The notes below the pieces were generated by a model. That model was not told where the DNA came from, did not search any database, and was given only the letters and a program-made list of their open reading frames with translations. From the sequence record PQ471516.1: a stretch of 64,000 nucleotides of DNA. One strand, given 5' to 3'. The position numbers and the translations under genes were made by a program. Below, piece by piece: positions 37,850-47,828 of the stretch. Numbering within the stretch: position 1 is the stretch's first letter; each line of letters opens with the position of its first letter.

Positions 37850-38620
37850 AACCGCACCGAGAAAGCAATGCAAATCGAAAAGAACTTCAACTCCATGATG
37901 GCTGCTCTTGAATGTCTTCTGGACACCCAAGCTAACTCAATCAACTCTCTGATTGTTTCTGGTAAAGGTGGTGTTGGTAAAACTTATAACGTTGACAAAC
38001 GTCTACAACAAGCAGATAACAACTACGAAATCGACTACAAAAAGATTTCTGGTAAAGTAACTACTATGGGTCTGTACGAAGCACTGTATCACTCTCGCCA
38101 CGCTGCTTCAGTACTGTTACTCGATGACGTTGATATCTTCGGTGACGAAACTAATATCGACCTCCTTAAAGCAGTACTGGATACTTCAGAGAAGCGGGTT
38201 GTATCTTATGCAACTTCTGGTAAGTACCTGGAGCAGCAGGGTATTCCTAAGCAGTTTGAATTCCGTGGGAAGGTAATCTTCCTGACGAACAAAAACCTGT
38301 CACAGATTGCTAAAGGTAAAAGCAGTTTAGCACCACACATTGATGCACTGATTACTCGTAGTATCTTTGTTGACCTGCAACTGTTCACCAACGAAGAAGT
38401 TATGATTCACATTGAGAACATCATGAACAAGACTAACATTCTTGAGAACAATGGTGTTAATAAAAATGGTTGCAAAGCAATCCTGAACTGGATGCTGAAC
38501 AACGAAGAAAACCTGCGTTCACCTTCACTGCGTATGCCGTGCCTGATTGCTGGTCTGTACAACAAATTCCCGTATGATTGGGAATCAATGGCAGAAAACA
38601 TGTTCCTGGAAAAGAACTAA
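37847..38620 (+). CDS. AAA+ P-loop ATPase
   Basis: Walker A GKGGVGKT, Walker B LLLDD, sensor-1 IFLTN. Confidence 0.9.
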   Translation: MNRTEKAMQIEKNFNSMMAALECLLDTQANSINSLIVSGKGGVGKTYNVDKRLQQADNNYEIDYKKISGKVTTMGLYEALYHSRHAASVLLLDDVDIFGDETNIDLLKAVLDTSEKRVVSYATSGKYLEQQGIPKQFEFRGKVIFLTNKNLSQIAKGKSSLAPHIDALITRSIFVDLQLFTNEEVMIHIENIMNKTNILENNGVNKNGCKAILNWMLNNEENLRSPSLRMPCLIAGLYNKFPYDWESMAENMFLEKN

Positions 38621-38679
38621 TACTTGACAGTACTACCAATGTACAGTACAATACCTGTATTGAATAGCGAGGAAACGAT

Positions 38680-39009
38680 ATGCAAGAATTTATAACACAA
38701 GATTGGGTACGAAGTTTGACATTCTTCTATATGTTGGGGTTCGTATATTATCATGTACTGGTTGGTATACTATGGTACTTTAAGAAGCGAGCGTGTTTAA
38801 CTCTGTATCCAGAATGGATGATTTTATTTTCTATTGTACAAGGTGTAGGTGTGTTATTTGGGGCAATAACACATTGGGTGTATGTGACTGACCCTAGATT
38901 AATTTATATTGCACCTTACTTTGTATTTGGATTTGGTATCATATTTTTGTGCATGAGTGCATTATATGGTTTGGTAATTTATCGTAGAAAAATTGTTGGC
39001 GATTTATAA
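38680..39009 (+). CDS. membrane paralog family M
   Basis: ILWYFKKR. Confidence 0.8.
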   Translation: MQEFITQDWVRSLTFFYMLGFVYYHVLVGILWYFKKRACLTLYPEWMILFSIVQGVGVLFGAITHWVYVTDPRLIYIAPYFVFGFGIIFLCMSALYGLVIYRRKIVGDL

Positions 39010-39021
39010 GGGGATACAAAG

Positions 39022-39372
39022 ATGGGTTATGAATACATTGAGTTTATTTTGAATAGCAGCATTGTACAAACTATTTCCATATGTATCTTTTATCTTTATA
39101 TTTTTGTTTGTGCATTTTTCTTTATTGGATGGTACTTTAAACGTCCTTACTACGAAGTATATGCATACAGTGAAGAACTAAGTATTGCTAATAATATCTT
39201 AGCGTACTGTAGTGCCGGAGCATTAATTATTGCAGTTGCAAGTGATAAAGGCTTAAATGTTGCATTTGCATTCTCTTATGGTGTCTGTGCATTGCCAGCA
39301 TTCATTTTCTTTGGTATTATATTAGTACTGAAATACCTTAACAAACTACGTAACCACATTCCAGAGGCATAA
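39022..39372 (+). CDS. membrane paralog family M
   Basis: IGWYFKRP...LNKLRNHIP. Confidence 0.8.
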   Translation: MGYEYIEFILNSSIVQTISICIFYLYIFVCAFFFIGWYFKRPYYEVYAYSEELSIANNILAYCSAGALIIAVASDKGLNVAFAFSYGVCALPAFIFFGIILVLKYLNKLRNHIPEA

Positions 39373-39373
39373 T

Positions 39374-39712
39374 ATGGAGTACTTTCTGAGTTTATTACCA
39401 ATGCACATTCTAATCGCTACTGGTTATTATGTATTCTTTGCAGTATTCTTTTTCCTGATGTGGTTCTTCAAACGACCCATTTCAGTTGTAATTGACCGTA
39501 ACTACTGGCCTCCTATGTTACACGTTTGGTACTGGTTTTCGTGCTTTATGTCTATTATTCACTACGCTTTGATTAGCACTGGTCAACGTTCAAATGGGGA
39601 AGGTATTTGTACTGTGTTTTTTATATTAGGAACAGCGGTATATATATTTCTTCTAGTAACACCACTGATTCAGAAGTTACGTTCTAAGATTCCTGACGTG
39701 AGAGGACACTAA
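39374..39712 (+). CDS. membrane paralog family M
   Basis: LMWFFKRP...IQKLRSKIP. Confidence 0.8.
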   Translation: MEYFLSLLPMHILIATGYYVFFAVFFFLMWFFKRPISVVIDRNYWPPMLHVWYWFSCFMSIIHYALISTGQRSNGEGICTVFFILGTAVYIFLLVTPLIQKLRSKIPDVRGH

Positions 39713-39714
39713 CA

Positions 39715-40023
39715 ATGTTTGAATTTGTAATGTTTACCGTAATTTCATTTTACTTTTGTATTTGCTGGGTTGGATTTCTCTTTGCACTGAAATCTTTTAT
39801 CTTCTTTGAGAAGCAAGCAAAAGAGTTTTGGTTCCCAATCGCAGTAGTGACAGTAACATCACTGATTTGGGTATGGAAATTGTCATATGGTACATATGAT
39901 GACATTCAGGTAGCACAATTTCTTCTTGGCCCTTGTGTCGTTGTATTTGTAGTAAGTTCAATTCCACCATTATGTCGTGCAGTGAAGTCGTTTCATATGA
40001 AACAAAAAGCTAAACGCAGATAA
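39715..40023 (+). CDS. membrane paralog family M
   Basis: CWVGFLFA..FFEKQ. Confidence 0.8.
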   Translation: MFEFVMFTVISFYFCICWVGFLFALKSFIFFEKQAKEFWFPIAVVTVTSLIWVWKLSYGTYDDIQVAQFLLGPCVVVFVVSSIPPLCRAVKSFHMKQKAKRR

Positions 40024-40034
40024 AGGATAATAAC

Positions 40035-40352
40035 ATGCAAATTGAATTGATTCTATTCATCATCTGTGCTGTGTACATGTTATCGTGTTGGATTGGATAC
40101 ATGTTCGCAATCCCTGCATTTGACTTTTTTGAGAAACAATGCAAGAATGGTTTTATATGGGCGTGGGGTGCAACATTTAACAGTGTAATATGGTCAGTAC
40201 TACTTATATTCCATCCTCCTGAAGATATGTACGGTGTGAGGATAGTACTGGTCATGACGCTTATATTAGTTGGATTATCAGCCTGTGAAGCACTATACAA
40301 AGTATTCACTTCCATTCGTTTGAAGTACTTGAATAAGAGGAAAGATGTATGA
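40035..40352 (+). CDS. membrane paralog family M
   Basis: CWIGYMFA..FFEKQ. Confidence 0.8.
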   Translation: MQIELILFIICAVYMLSCWIGYMFAIPAFDFFEKQCKNGFIWAWGATFNSVIWSVLLIFHPPEDMYGVRIVLVMTLILVGLSACEALYKVFTSIRLKYLNKRKDV

Positions 40353-40726
40353 TTACATTTGCATTAAATGCATTGACAGTGATTCTATGCTATAGTACAC
40401 TCATCTATATTGGTAAATTCTTTTGTGTACGATTCTTTGAAGCACAATACGATGCGGCATATGAAGATGATATGGACACGGGTGCTATCAGTGCCATGTG
40501 TTATTGTTTTGGTTTATTCTTTACTGTCTGTGCATGGCTGTCGTACTATTTTGATTTTGGATACCTAGATGGTGACAGATTATTACTGGCGTTGTTATTG
40601 GTATTCGGTTCATTTTGTGTCGTGATACACTTTTTTATTCTTGTGTGTACTAGTGTAGTATATAAGTTAGTTCCGTTCTTTAAAGATTTGCACAGTAAAA
40701 TCCGTGCTAAGAAGAGAGGTGAGTGA
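40349..40726 (+). CDS. membrane paralog family M
   Basis: IGKFFC...LHSKIR. Confidence 0.8.
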   Translation: MITFALNALTVILCYSTLIYIGKFFCVRFFEAQYDAAYEDDMDTGAISAMCYCFGLFFTVCAWLSYYFDFGYLDGDRLLLALLLVFGSFCVVIHFFILVCTSVVYKLVPFFKDLHSKIRAKKRGE

Positions 40727-41079
40727 TGTTATCATTTGCGGGTCAGATTATCGTCATGGGTATTACATTATTATTCACAGTGAATAGTATTATTTTACTC
40801 GGTAAGTACTTTAATATTCGTCCAATGAATAAGTTGTACGATAAATTCAAAGAAGATAATCCATTCTATGTATTTTTATCTGTAGCAATTGGTATAGGTT
40901 TCGTTTTAGTAGTTATTGGTTTAATTGCATCTGCACCAGTTGTGATTGTTTTTGGAATCTTTTCTGCTACATGTGGGTTATTATTATTTTCTTTAGGTTT
41001 AATACTCGACCTATCGATTAACATTGGTATTAAACTTAAGAAGTTTCATGAAAAGCAACTTCAGAGGGACGTAAAATGA
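40723..41079 (+). CDS. membrane paralog family M
   Basis: LGKYFNIRP. Confidence 0.8.
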   Translation: MMLSFAGQIIVMGITLLFTVNSIILLGKYFNIRPMNKLYDKFKEDNPFYVFLSVAIGIGFVLVVIGLIASAPVVIVFGIFSATCGLLLFSLGLILDLSINIGIKLKKFHEKQLQRDVK

Positions 41080-41447
41080 CATACCGTGAGTACTTCCTAA
41101 TTGTTCATATCTTATTTTTTACCGTATTTTCTGTTGTAGGGTTGATGTATTATTTTTGTATTCAACCAGTGTACAATTACTTCCAGAAGACTACTGACAC
41201 AAAGGTTGTTGGTACAATTGCTGCAATCCTATTATATATGTTGAGTATCCTTCTTATAATTGGTGAAGTATTTTTTGATGGTATGCCAAATTCAGACGGT
41301 TTGCTTATTCATGAGTTTATAACTGGTTTATATTGTTTAGTTGGGTTTATTGCATTTGTGATTTTTACAGTGTACAGGATCTATAAATTTTTCATGTATC
41401 TTGGTGGAATACACGATTCTATTCGTCAGAAACGCATGGGAGAATAA
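41076..41447 (+). CDS. membrane paralog family M
   Basis: LMYYFCIQP...IHDSIR. Confidence 0.8.
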   Translation: MTYREYFLIVHILFFTVFSVVGLMYYFCIQPVYNYFQKTTDTKVVGTIAAILLYMLSILLIIGEVFFDGMPNSDGLLIHEFITGLYCLVGFIAFVIFTVYRIYKFFMYLGGIHDSIRQKRMGE

Positions 41448-41484
41448 AAAATACCCAGTACTGAAATATTGTACTGGGTATTTT
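41448..41484. terminator. intrinsic terminator
   Basis: AAAATACCCAGTAC/GTACTGGGTATTTT. Confidence 0.85.
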
Positions 41485-41492
41485 AATATATT

Positions 41493-41846
41493 ATGAGATT
41501 CATTAAAGCGAGCTTGCAATCACAAAAGAAATGTCAAATTATAATTGAACACGATGGTTTGAAGATATCAGCATTTGATTTTGGAAGTACTAAACATTCT
41601 ATTTGCTTTAATGATCCTGACAACGCAGTGTATTGTCTTATGATTAAAGTAAAATACTTACATAAACTTATAACAGAGCCTGAATATTTTATTCGTTTCA
41701 AAGACTTTAGTACAGAGAAACTACATGAGATATATAGAATTTCAATGATTGCATATACATTTTTGGGAATACCTGATGATGAACTTGATGTGACATTCCC
41801 TGGCGAAGCTAAAATACCTAAAGAATCATTTTGGAAGGATTTATGA
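41493..41846 (+). CDS. hypothetical protein
   Basis: ORF track. Confidence 0.7.
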   Translation: MRFIKASLQSQKKCQIIIEHDGLKISAFDFGSTKHSICFNDPDNAVYCLMIKVKYLHKLITEPEYFIRFKDFSTEKLHEIYRISMIAYTFLGIPDDELDVTFPGEAKIPKESFWKDL

Positions 41847-42484
41847 AACACAGACTTAATAAGTTCTATGCGAACTATTTCAAAGAGGTAAATGCATTCT
41901 TTAAAAAATACAAGATGCATACTAAAAATGCACAGAACAGACGAAACCCAGCATTTGCCAGACCAAGTAGAAATATTACTTCATGTACACCTACGTGCTC
42001 AACGAAAAAGATGTTAAGTGCCAAAGGTATAAAGATAGCTTATATTGAAGCATATAAAGATAATGCACGTTTGAATAGTACTGATGATATTAAATTCAGT
42101 TCTGTTAAAATGAAAATTGGTGATATTCAGTGTGAAATGGCTGTTGATTTGGAATACAATCTGGAAATCAGAATGTATGTAGCTCACGATAGTTCACGAA
42201 AAGTGGAATTAATGGGAATAACATCTTATATTTGTAAAGATACAGATGGATTTGCATTGAAAACTTCAACGTTCAACGTTGATTCGGTAGATGATCTCGA
42301 TGGTGCATTAAATCATCTGATGAGTTCTGAATGTACAGACGAACTAATGTTCCAGTACTCACTGTTGTATAAAGATATTGACCAGTACATTGAAATGTGC
42401 AAAGTACTACAACGTGTATATGATATGTACATGAAGACTGGAAAACTAACTGCATTTATTTTATATAACGCAGTAGAGGTATGA
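41843..42484 (+). CDS. family F protein with basic N-terminal extension
   Basis: TDELMFQYSLLYK. Confidence 0.8.
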   Translation: MKHRLNKFYANYFKEVNAFFKKYKMHTKNAQNRRNPAFARPSRNITSCTPTCSTKKMLSAKGIKIAYIEAYKDNARLNSTDDIKFSSVKMKIGDIQCEMAVDLEYNLEIRMYVAHDSSRKVELMGITSYICKDTDGFALKTSTFNVDSVDDLDGALNHLMSSECTDELMFQYSLLYKDIDQYIEMCKVLQRVYDMYMKTGKLTAFILYNAVEV

Positions 42485-42485
42485 T

Positions 42486-42695
42486 ATGGAAAAGTTTTAT
42501 AGTTCACTACTTCTATCTACTGAACTTGTATCATTTATGGTGTGCAAGACTAAGAAAGATTATTACATTAATAATCCAAATCCTTTAAATGATATAGAGC
42601 TATCACTTAAATTTGTAAATTGTACTGAAAATATATTAAAGTACAACAATAAAGTTTATTTTAATGTATTGAAATTGATATTTGTATATAACTAA
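42486..42695 (+). CDS. hypothetical protein
   Basis: GAGG SD. Confidence 0.65.
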   Translation: MEKFYSSLLLSTELVSFMVCKTKKDYYINNPNPLNDIELSLKFVNCTENILKYNNKVYFNVLKLIFVYN

Positions 42696-42720
42696 AAAGC
42701 CAGTACAAAGTACTGGCTTT
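42696..42720. terminator. bidirectional terminator closing the propeller array
   Basis: AAAGCCAGTAC-AAA-GTACTGGCTTT. Confidence 0.9.
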
Positions 42721-42723
42721 ATT

Positions 42724-43929
42724 TTATATACCACGACTGGGTATTTGATATAATTGGAATTTAGTGTAGTAATCAGAAACTGTCGTCCCTGCTGCTTGTG
42801 GGATATAGCCACTCAAATACACATCCCCTTGATTATCCATATACACTGTTGTACATTCACTTGAACAGAATAACTCGGTGTTAGATACTTTAGGAGCATC
42901 AACTGGTGTTACAAATGTAGTACTTGATGTTGTATTACCGCGACCGAGCTTACCATACGTGTTTATACCACACATATAAAGTGAATCGGCAGTTTTAACC
43001 GTAAGCCCACCATATGTTAATGAATTTGATTTCATTTCCATATCATCTGATATTGGTAGAGTGGAGATAGTGGATAATACTGTCCAAGAATTAGCGGATG
43101 AACCATTACCCAAGTTACCATCGGACTGAATCCCACTTGCACGAACTGTATATGTATTATTCGTGTTGTGTTTATATACAACCCATGATGCACTCCCACC
43201 GAGTTCATAATGTATAACAGTATTGTTGGCGAATGCACCCATTTGTGTCCATACTCTAATGTTAGTTGCATCATTACTTATACCAAGAGAACCCCATGTG
43301 TTTTGACCAGTGACCCAAAGTGTTTTATCAATTTTTTGCACAATCACTGCACTTGAACCTGTTTTAACACTATCCACATTCGTATTAATTGACGTAAAAG
43401 TTGATAATCTTGTGGTTGTGTTATTACCAAAATATCCCTGTGTATTCGCCCCCATTCCATATAGCGTACCATTTTCAAGTAAAACAAAAATACCCTCACC
43501 TACAAGTTGAATGTCCTTAATTTGGGACAATTGTGTAGCATTGAATACTGATGTAAAATATGAAGTACAATCAGTATAAGTACTGGCAGTACTTAAACCT
43601 GCACCAATAGCTTTACCAACCCCACTATAATAAAATTTATTATCTTCAGTTTGGATTAAATTAAAAGTACCTTGGGCTGTTCTGAAACGTTTTACATTTT
43701 GGTATATTAAAGTCCATTCTTTTACTTTCGCATTATGTACACCATTTCCGAATCCATAGTTTTGTGAAGTAGTTCCACCTATACCCATTAAGTCTCCATT
43801 TTTATATAATAGTAAGAGTGCTGTCGCTGGAATTACTGACGCACTATAACCATTGTACATAAAGATTTCTTTCACTTCAGGAACTTTCATTTTATTAGCG
43901 TACTTAACCATTCTTGTAAAAGGTAACAT
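42724..43929 (-). CDS. RCC1/BLIP-II-like beta-propeller, array gene 1 (tag MLPFTRMVKYAN)
   Basis: GQNTWGSLG and GINTYGKLGRG repeats. Confidence 0.85.
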   Translation of the reverse strand: MLPFTRMVKYANKMKVPEVKEIFMYNGYSASVIPATALLLLYKNGDLMGIGGTTSQNYGFGNGVHNAKVKEWTLIYQNVKRFRTAQGTFNLIQTEDNKFYYSGVGKAIGAGLSTASTYTDCTSYFTSVFNATQLSQIKDIQLVGEGIFVLLENGTLYGMGANTQGYFGNNTTTRLSTFTSINTNVDSVKTGSSAVIVQKIDKTLWVTGQNTWGSLGISNDATNIRVWTQMGAFANNTVIHYELGGSASWVVYKHNTNNTYTVRASGIQSDGNLGNGSSANSWTVLSTISTLPISDDMEMKSNSLTYGGLTVKTADSLYMCGINTYGKLGRGNTTSSTTFVTPVDAPKVSNTELFCSSECTTVYMDNQGDVYLSGYIPQAAGTTVSDYYTKFQLYQIPSRGI

Positions 43930-44001
43930 AAAATCCTCCTTTATTCATTATACTATATTTAGCCAAAAAGGAAAAGCCAGTACTTGAGTACTGGCATTAT
44001 A
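43930..44001 (-). repeat. array spacer R1 (terminator-late promoter-SD)
   Basis: GCCAGTAC-TCAA-GTACTGGC-T tract-TAAATATAGTATAAT-AAGGAGG. Confidence 0.9.
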
Positions 44002-45345
44002 TTATTGTAAAGGTATTTCAGTTAAGGTGCTATATTGTGTTCCGTTATATATACCCCTCCAGTATAATTTACCTTCAGTACTAATAACTAATAAACCATA
44101 TGTTGTAAACCCTAGAGTTCCTCCGACATACATAGCATCTTTTATTCTAATACCAATGTCTTCATATGTAAACTCTGATACTTCACCAGCATTCCACGCT
44201 GGACTGTAATAATAATCAGTATAAACACCATGTGCTTTATATAGGGACGTCAATCCAGGTTCAAAAATTACAGTTCCGCAGTAGTTCATTCTTATTTTAG
44301 TACTGGATGAAGTTGGTATATTACCAAAAATATTATCTTTTAACCCAGTAGTTAGAACGTTGAAACCACCACCAATGGAGTTAACGTTATTCACGCCACT
44401 TAGACTCATACCAACGTTGTATCCCATGCAATACACACTACTGCTACCATTCCAGTAAGAAAAACCGCCGCCACGACCACAACGATATAATTGTGAATTT
44501 GAACAGTACATCATACCTTCGTTTGATGCGTCATAGTCGTCTGCTGTTCCAATTGTAGCTACAGTAGTCCAAGTTTTAATTACTTGGTTTGCACTAGCTG
44601 GTGTTTGTATGCCATATCTGATATTATATCCCTTACCGACTATGGTCCCATCTAATAATTTGGCATACAGTACTGGTCTAGCCCCATTATAATAAACGTT
44701 ATTATGTGACATATCAATTGTACTTCGTAATGAAACTGCTTTTTGTGTCAATTGGTTATCTTTAGTAAAAGATGAAAAGTAGTAATCTGCTGTGGAGTTG
44801 TTTATTAAACCCTGAAAGGACTGACCCATATACCAGACTTCTCCGTTTGAGTTCAATGCTGCCAAAATACAACTATATTTGGATGTGTACCCAGTATTAG
44901 TGCCTGGACCTTTATCATACCCACCACTGAATACCATATCAACGACATCACCAACGCTAGTGAAATATGACGAAACATCGATGAATCCAGATGTTAAAAA
45001 TGGTGCAGTCGTCATCCCTGTATTTGTGAATATTCCATTTGCATATACACCACAAAAATTATACGAACCATCAATATCCTGTACTATGATACCATTAGAA
45101 AGTAACCAAAAGTTTTTTACATTTTTACGAACCAATTCAACACCTGCACCATTATTAGGAGTTATTCCAAATGTAATTGCTTTAGTTGTGCCCATGCCAT
45201 ATAAATTCCCATTGGTTGCTAATATTGCACCAAGCCAGTTTCCACCTCCATTACTATTACGACCCATACCAATGGAATCGAATTTCTTTACAGTTGGAGC
45301 TTCTACTGTATTCCCATAATCAAATAATCTAACAAAAGGTAACAT
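44002..45345 (-). CDS. beta-propeller, array gene 2 (MLPFVRLFDYGN)
   Basis: Divergent RCC1-like repeats. Confidence 0.85.
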   Translation of the reverse strand: MLPFVRLFDYGNTVEAPTVKKFDSIGMGRNSNGGGNWLGAILATNGNLYGMGTTKAITFGITPNNGAGVELVRKNVKNFWLLSNGIIVQDIDGSYNFCGVYANGIFTNTGMTTAPFLTSGFIDVSSYFTSVGDVVDMVFSGGYDKGPGTNTGYTSKYSCILAALNSNGEVWYMGQSFQGLINNSTADYYFSSFTKDNQLTQKAVSLRSTIDMSHNNVYYNGARPVLYAKLLDGTIVGKGYNIRYGIQTPASANQVIKTWTTVATIGTADDYDASNEGMMYCSNSQLYRCGRGGGFSYWNGSSSVYCMGYNVGMSLSGVNNVNSIGGGFNVLTTGLKDNIFGNIPTSSSTKIRMNYCGTVIFEPGLTSLYKAHGVYTDYYYSPAWNAGEVSEFTYEDIGIRIKDAMYVGGTLGFTTYGLLVISTEGKLYWRGIYNGTQYSTLTEIPLQ

Positions 45346-45355
45346 ATATTCCTCC

Positions 45356-46535
45356 TTAAACTTGTGGTAGTGGATATTCTGTTAAAGTCCATGTTCCAAC
45401 AACTGTTCCAATTGGTGACCTACCCGTGTAATATAATTTATTATCCGCATACACAAATAATGCACCATCATTGGCAGCAACCAATGAGGTATCTGGATCA
45501 AATACCAAAGAGCTTGGAAATTGTGTTTGAACGAAAACAGACGCATTGTTAGTAGAGTTGATACCGAGTTGCCCCTGGTTATTATACCCAGTACCAAAAA
45601 TACGTTTCCCATTTCTATACAATATACCCCTTGAACTTTGCGAATGTAGTGGTATAAATTCAAAATCGGAAACATCAGTTAATTGTAAATAAGTACTTTG
45701 TGGAGTTAATGATGTCTTATTAGTATTGGTTGTAATTCCATTACCTAATTGTCCGCACTACTTGTGCTCCTACGCCATATAGCGGATAAGTACCATCTGA
45801 ATAAAGAACTATACCCAACATATTAGTATGTGAAAAAATATCAATGGGATATTTCCCAGTACCAAAATCATACTTTGTCCAACTCGTTAATGTAGCCGAA
45901 GCAGCACCAGTTAACAACGTACCAGAAGTAGTTTTGCCACATCTCCACGCAGTATTATCATTCTTAATTATCCAAGTTGGACTATTAAAAAATGAACTAA
46001 CCTTTTTGACATTAATATTAACCTGAGTTAATGATGTAAGCATTTCTGAAGTAGTACCTAACTCATATGTAGAATTGTCACCTATAGCATAAAGAATCCC
46101 ACTATTTGTCAGTACAAACATATTACGAGCATTAGGATATATCTCTTTAATATTATCTATATCGATACTAGAAAAATAAGAAGTACATTCAACAAATGTA
46201 GTACTTTGTACAGGACTTGATGTACCTGTCCAAATATCCCAACCTGCATAATAAAATTTATTATCATTTGTCTGTACTAAACTAAATGAAGCATTCCTGG
46301 TGCACCAGAAATTTTTCACATTTTGCATTAAGAGAACCCAGTTGTTCTGTGTAGTAGTATCTCCAAGTCCGAAAATACCAGCGTTGTTTCCTCCTATACC
46401 CCATAAATCACCATTCTTATACAGAAGCATTAATGTATTGTTGATAAACGCCGATGGTGCTTGCATCTTAATTACATTAGATTCATAAACAGGTTTAATA
46501 TTCCCGTACTTAACCATTCTAGCAAAAGGTAACAT
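45356..46535 (-). pseudogene. beta-propeller, array gene 3, frameshifted near 45757
   Basis: GAQ|GQLGNG broken by one extra base; the downstream frame continues to 45356. Confidence 0.75.
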
Positions 46536-46606
46536 ATATTCCTCCTTTATTCATTATACTATATTTAATCAAAAAGAAAAGCCAGTACTTGAGTACTGGC
46601 TTTATC
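46536..46606 (-). repeat. array spacer R2
   Basis: Near-identical to R1. Confidence 0.9.
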
Positions 46607-47758
46607 TCAATAAACATCCCAAGGTAATGGTGTCTTTCTAAACCCATACCTAGTTGCGTTCTGCCCATCTCCGGCAATGTATCTACCTGTACCACACTGA
46701 TATAATTCAGTACTGCTACATATCGCACCACCAATAGTACCACTACCCCACTGAGTTATATTGGAATATAATATTGGCAAATCACTACATTTAGTATATA
46801 ATGCAACAGTAGCAGCACCACTCGCACCACCAAAAACACTTCGGTTCGAACCCGTGTAATATATACCATCTGGACTCATAAATGCGGAAGTATAAGTTGT
46901 ACTACAATCCACTGGACTTCTTATATTATTAAGATCACTTGGGTATACCCTAGCACCATATGTGTATACATTACCTGTAGTAGTAATACCATTACCTAAC
47001 TGACCATTATTTTGTCCACCACATGTAACTAACGATCCACTACCAGAAACAATGGCAGTAGCATTATAAGAAGTACCTATAACAATAGAAGCTCCCGCCA
47101 ATAGGTATGGGGCAGGAACTCCGGCTGCATTCCCCTGACCTAATTCACCATTGACATTTCTTCCCCATCCGTATACAGAAGTGGTATCCAATTGGCATAG
47201 TACTGAACCATAACTAAACGTATATCGTATATCCTTCACTGCCGATGGTAAACCACTAACTTTAGTTGCAACACTAATAATGCCTGAAACGCCTGTAACT
47301 CCAGCGTTCGCGTTCATATTACGTCCATATGCATATAAAGAGCCATCAGCAGTTTTAATATGCATCATGCCATCTGTGCAATATAATGTATCTATACTAC
47401 CCACTGCAACCTCTCCCATACTGGACGTTATATCGTTCCACCCAAGCGTTGTAGTACTAGAAATTAAGTTATTTCCGGCGTAAAGTATTCTATTATCATT
47501 AGTAACTACTACTGTATAATTGGCAGTAACGCCAATTAATCTAACTTTCTCGTATATCTTAGACCACATTCCTATTGAATTTGTGTTAGTATCCAGAAAC
47601 CCCAACTGACCAGCGGTATTATATCCAATACCCCACACATCACCTTCACTATCCAATAACACTTCATGGGAAAAACCAATCTTAAAATCTTTTATCGTTG
47701 GTGTTTCTGGAACAGGTTTAATATTTCCGTACTTAACCATTCTTGCAAAAGGTAACAT
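46607..47758 (-). CDS. beta-propeller, array gene 4 (MLPFARMVKYGN)
   Basis: Start moved; GYNTAGQLG, GRNVNGELG. Confidence 0.85.
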   Translation of the reverse strand: MLPFARMVKYGNIKPVPETPTIKDFKIGFSHEVLLDSEGDVWGIGYNTAGQLGFLDTNTNSIGMWSKIYEKVRLIGVTANYTVVVTNDNRILYAGNNLISSTTTLGWNDITSSMGEVAVGSIDTLYCTDGMMHIKTADGSLYAYGRNMNANAGVTGVSGIISVATKVSGLPSAVKDIRYTFSYGSVLCQLDTTSVYGWGRNVNGELGQGNAAGVPAPYLLAGASIVIGTSYNATAIVSGSGSLVTCGGQNNGQLGNGITTTGNVYTYGARVYPSDLNNIRSPVDCSTTYTSAFMSPDGIYYTGSNRSVFGGASGAATVALYTKCSDLPILYSNITQWGSGTIGGAICSSTELYQCGTGRYIAGDGQNATRYGFRKTPLPWDVY

Positions 47759-47828
47759 ATTCCCTCCTTTATTCATTATACTATATTTAATCAAAAAGAA
47801 ATGCCAGTACTTGAGTACTGGCATTATG
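47759..47828 (-). repeat. array spacer R3
   Basis: Near-identical to R1. Confidence 0.9.
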
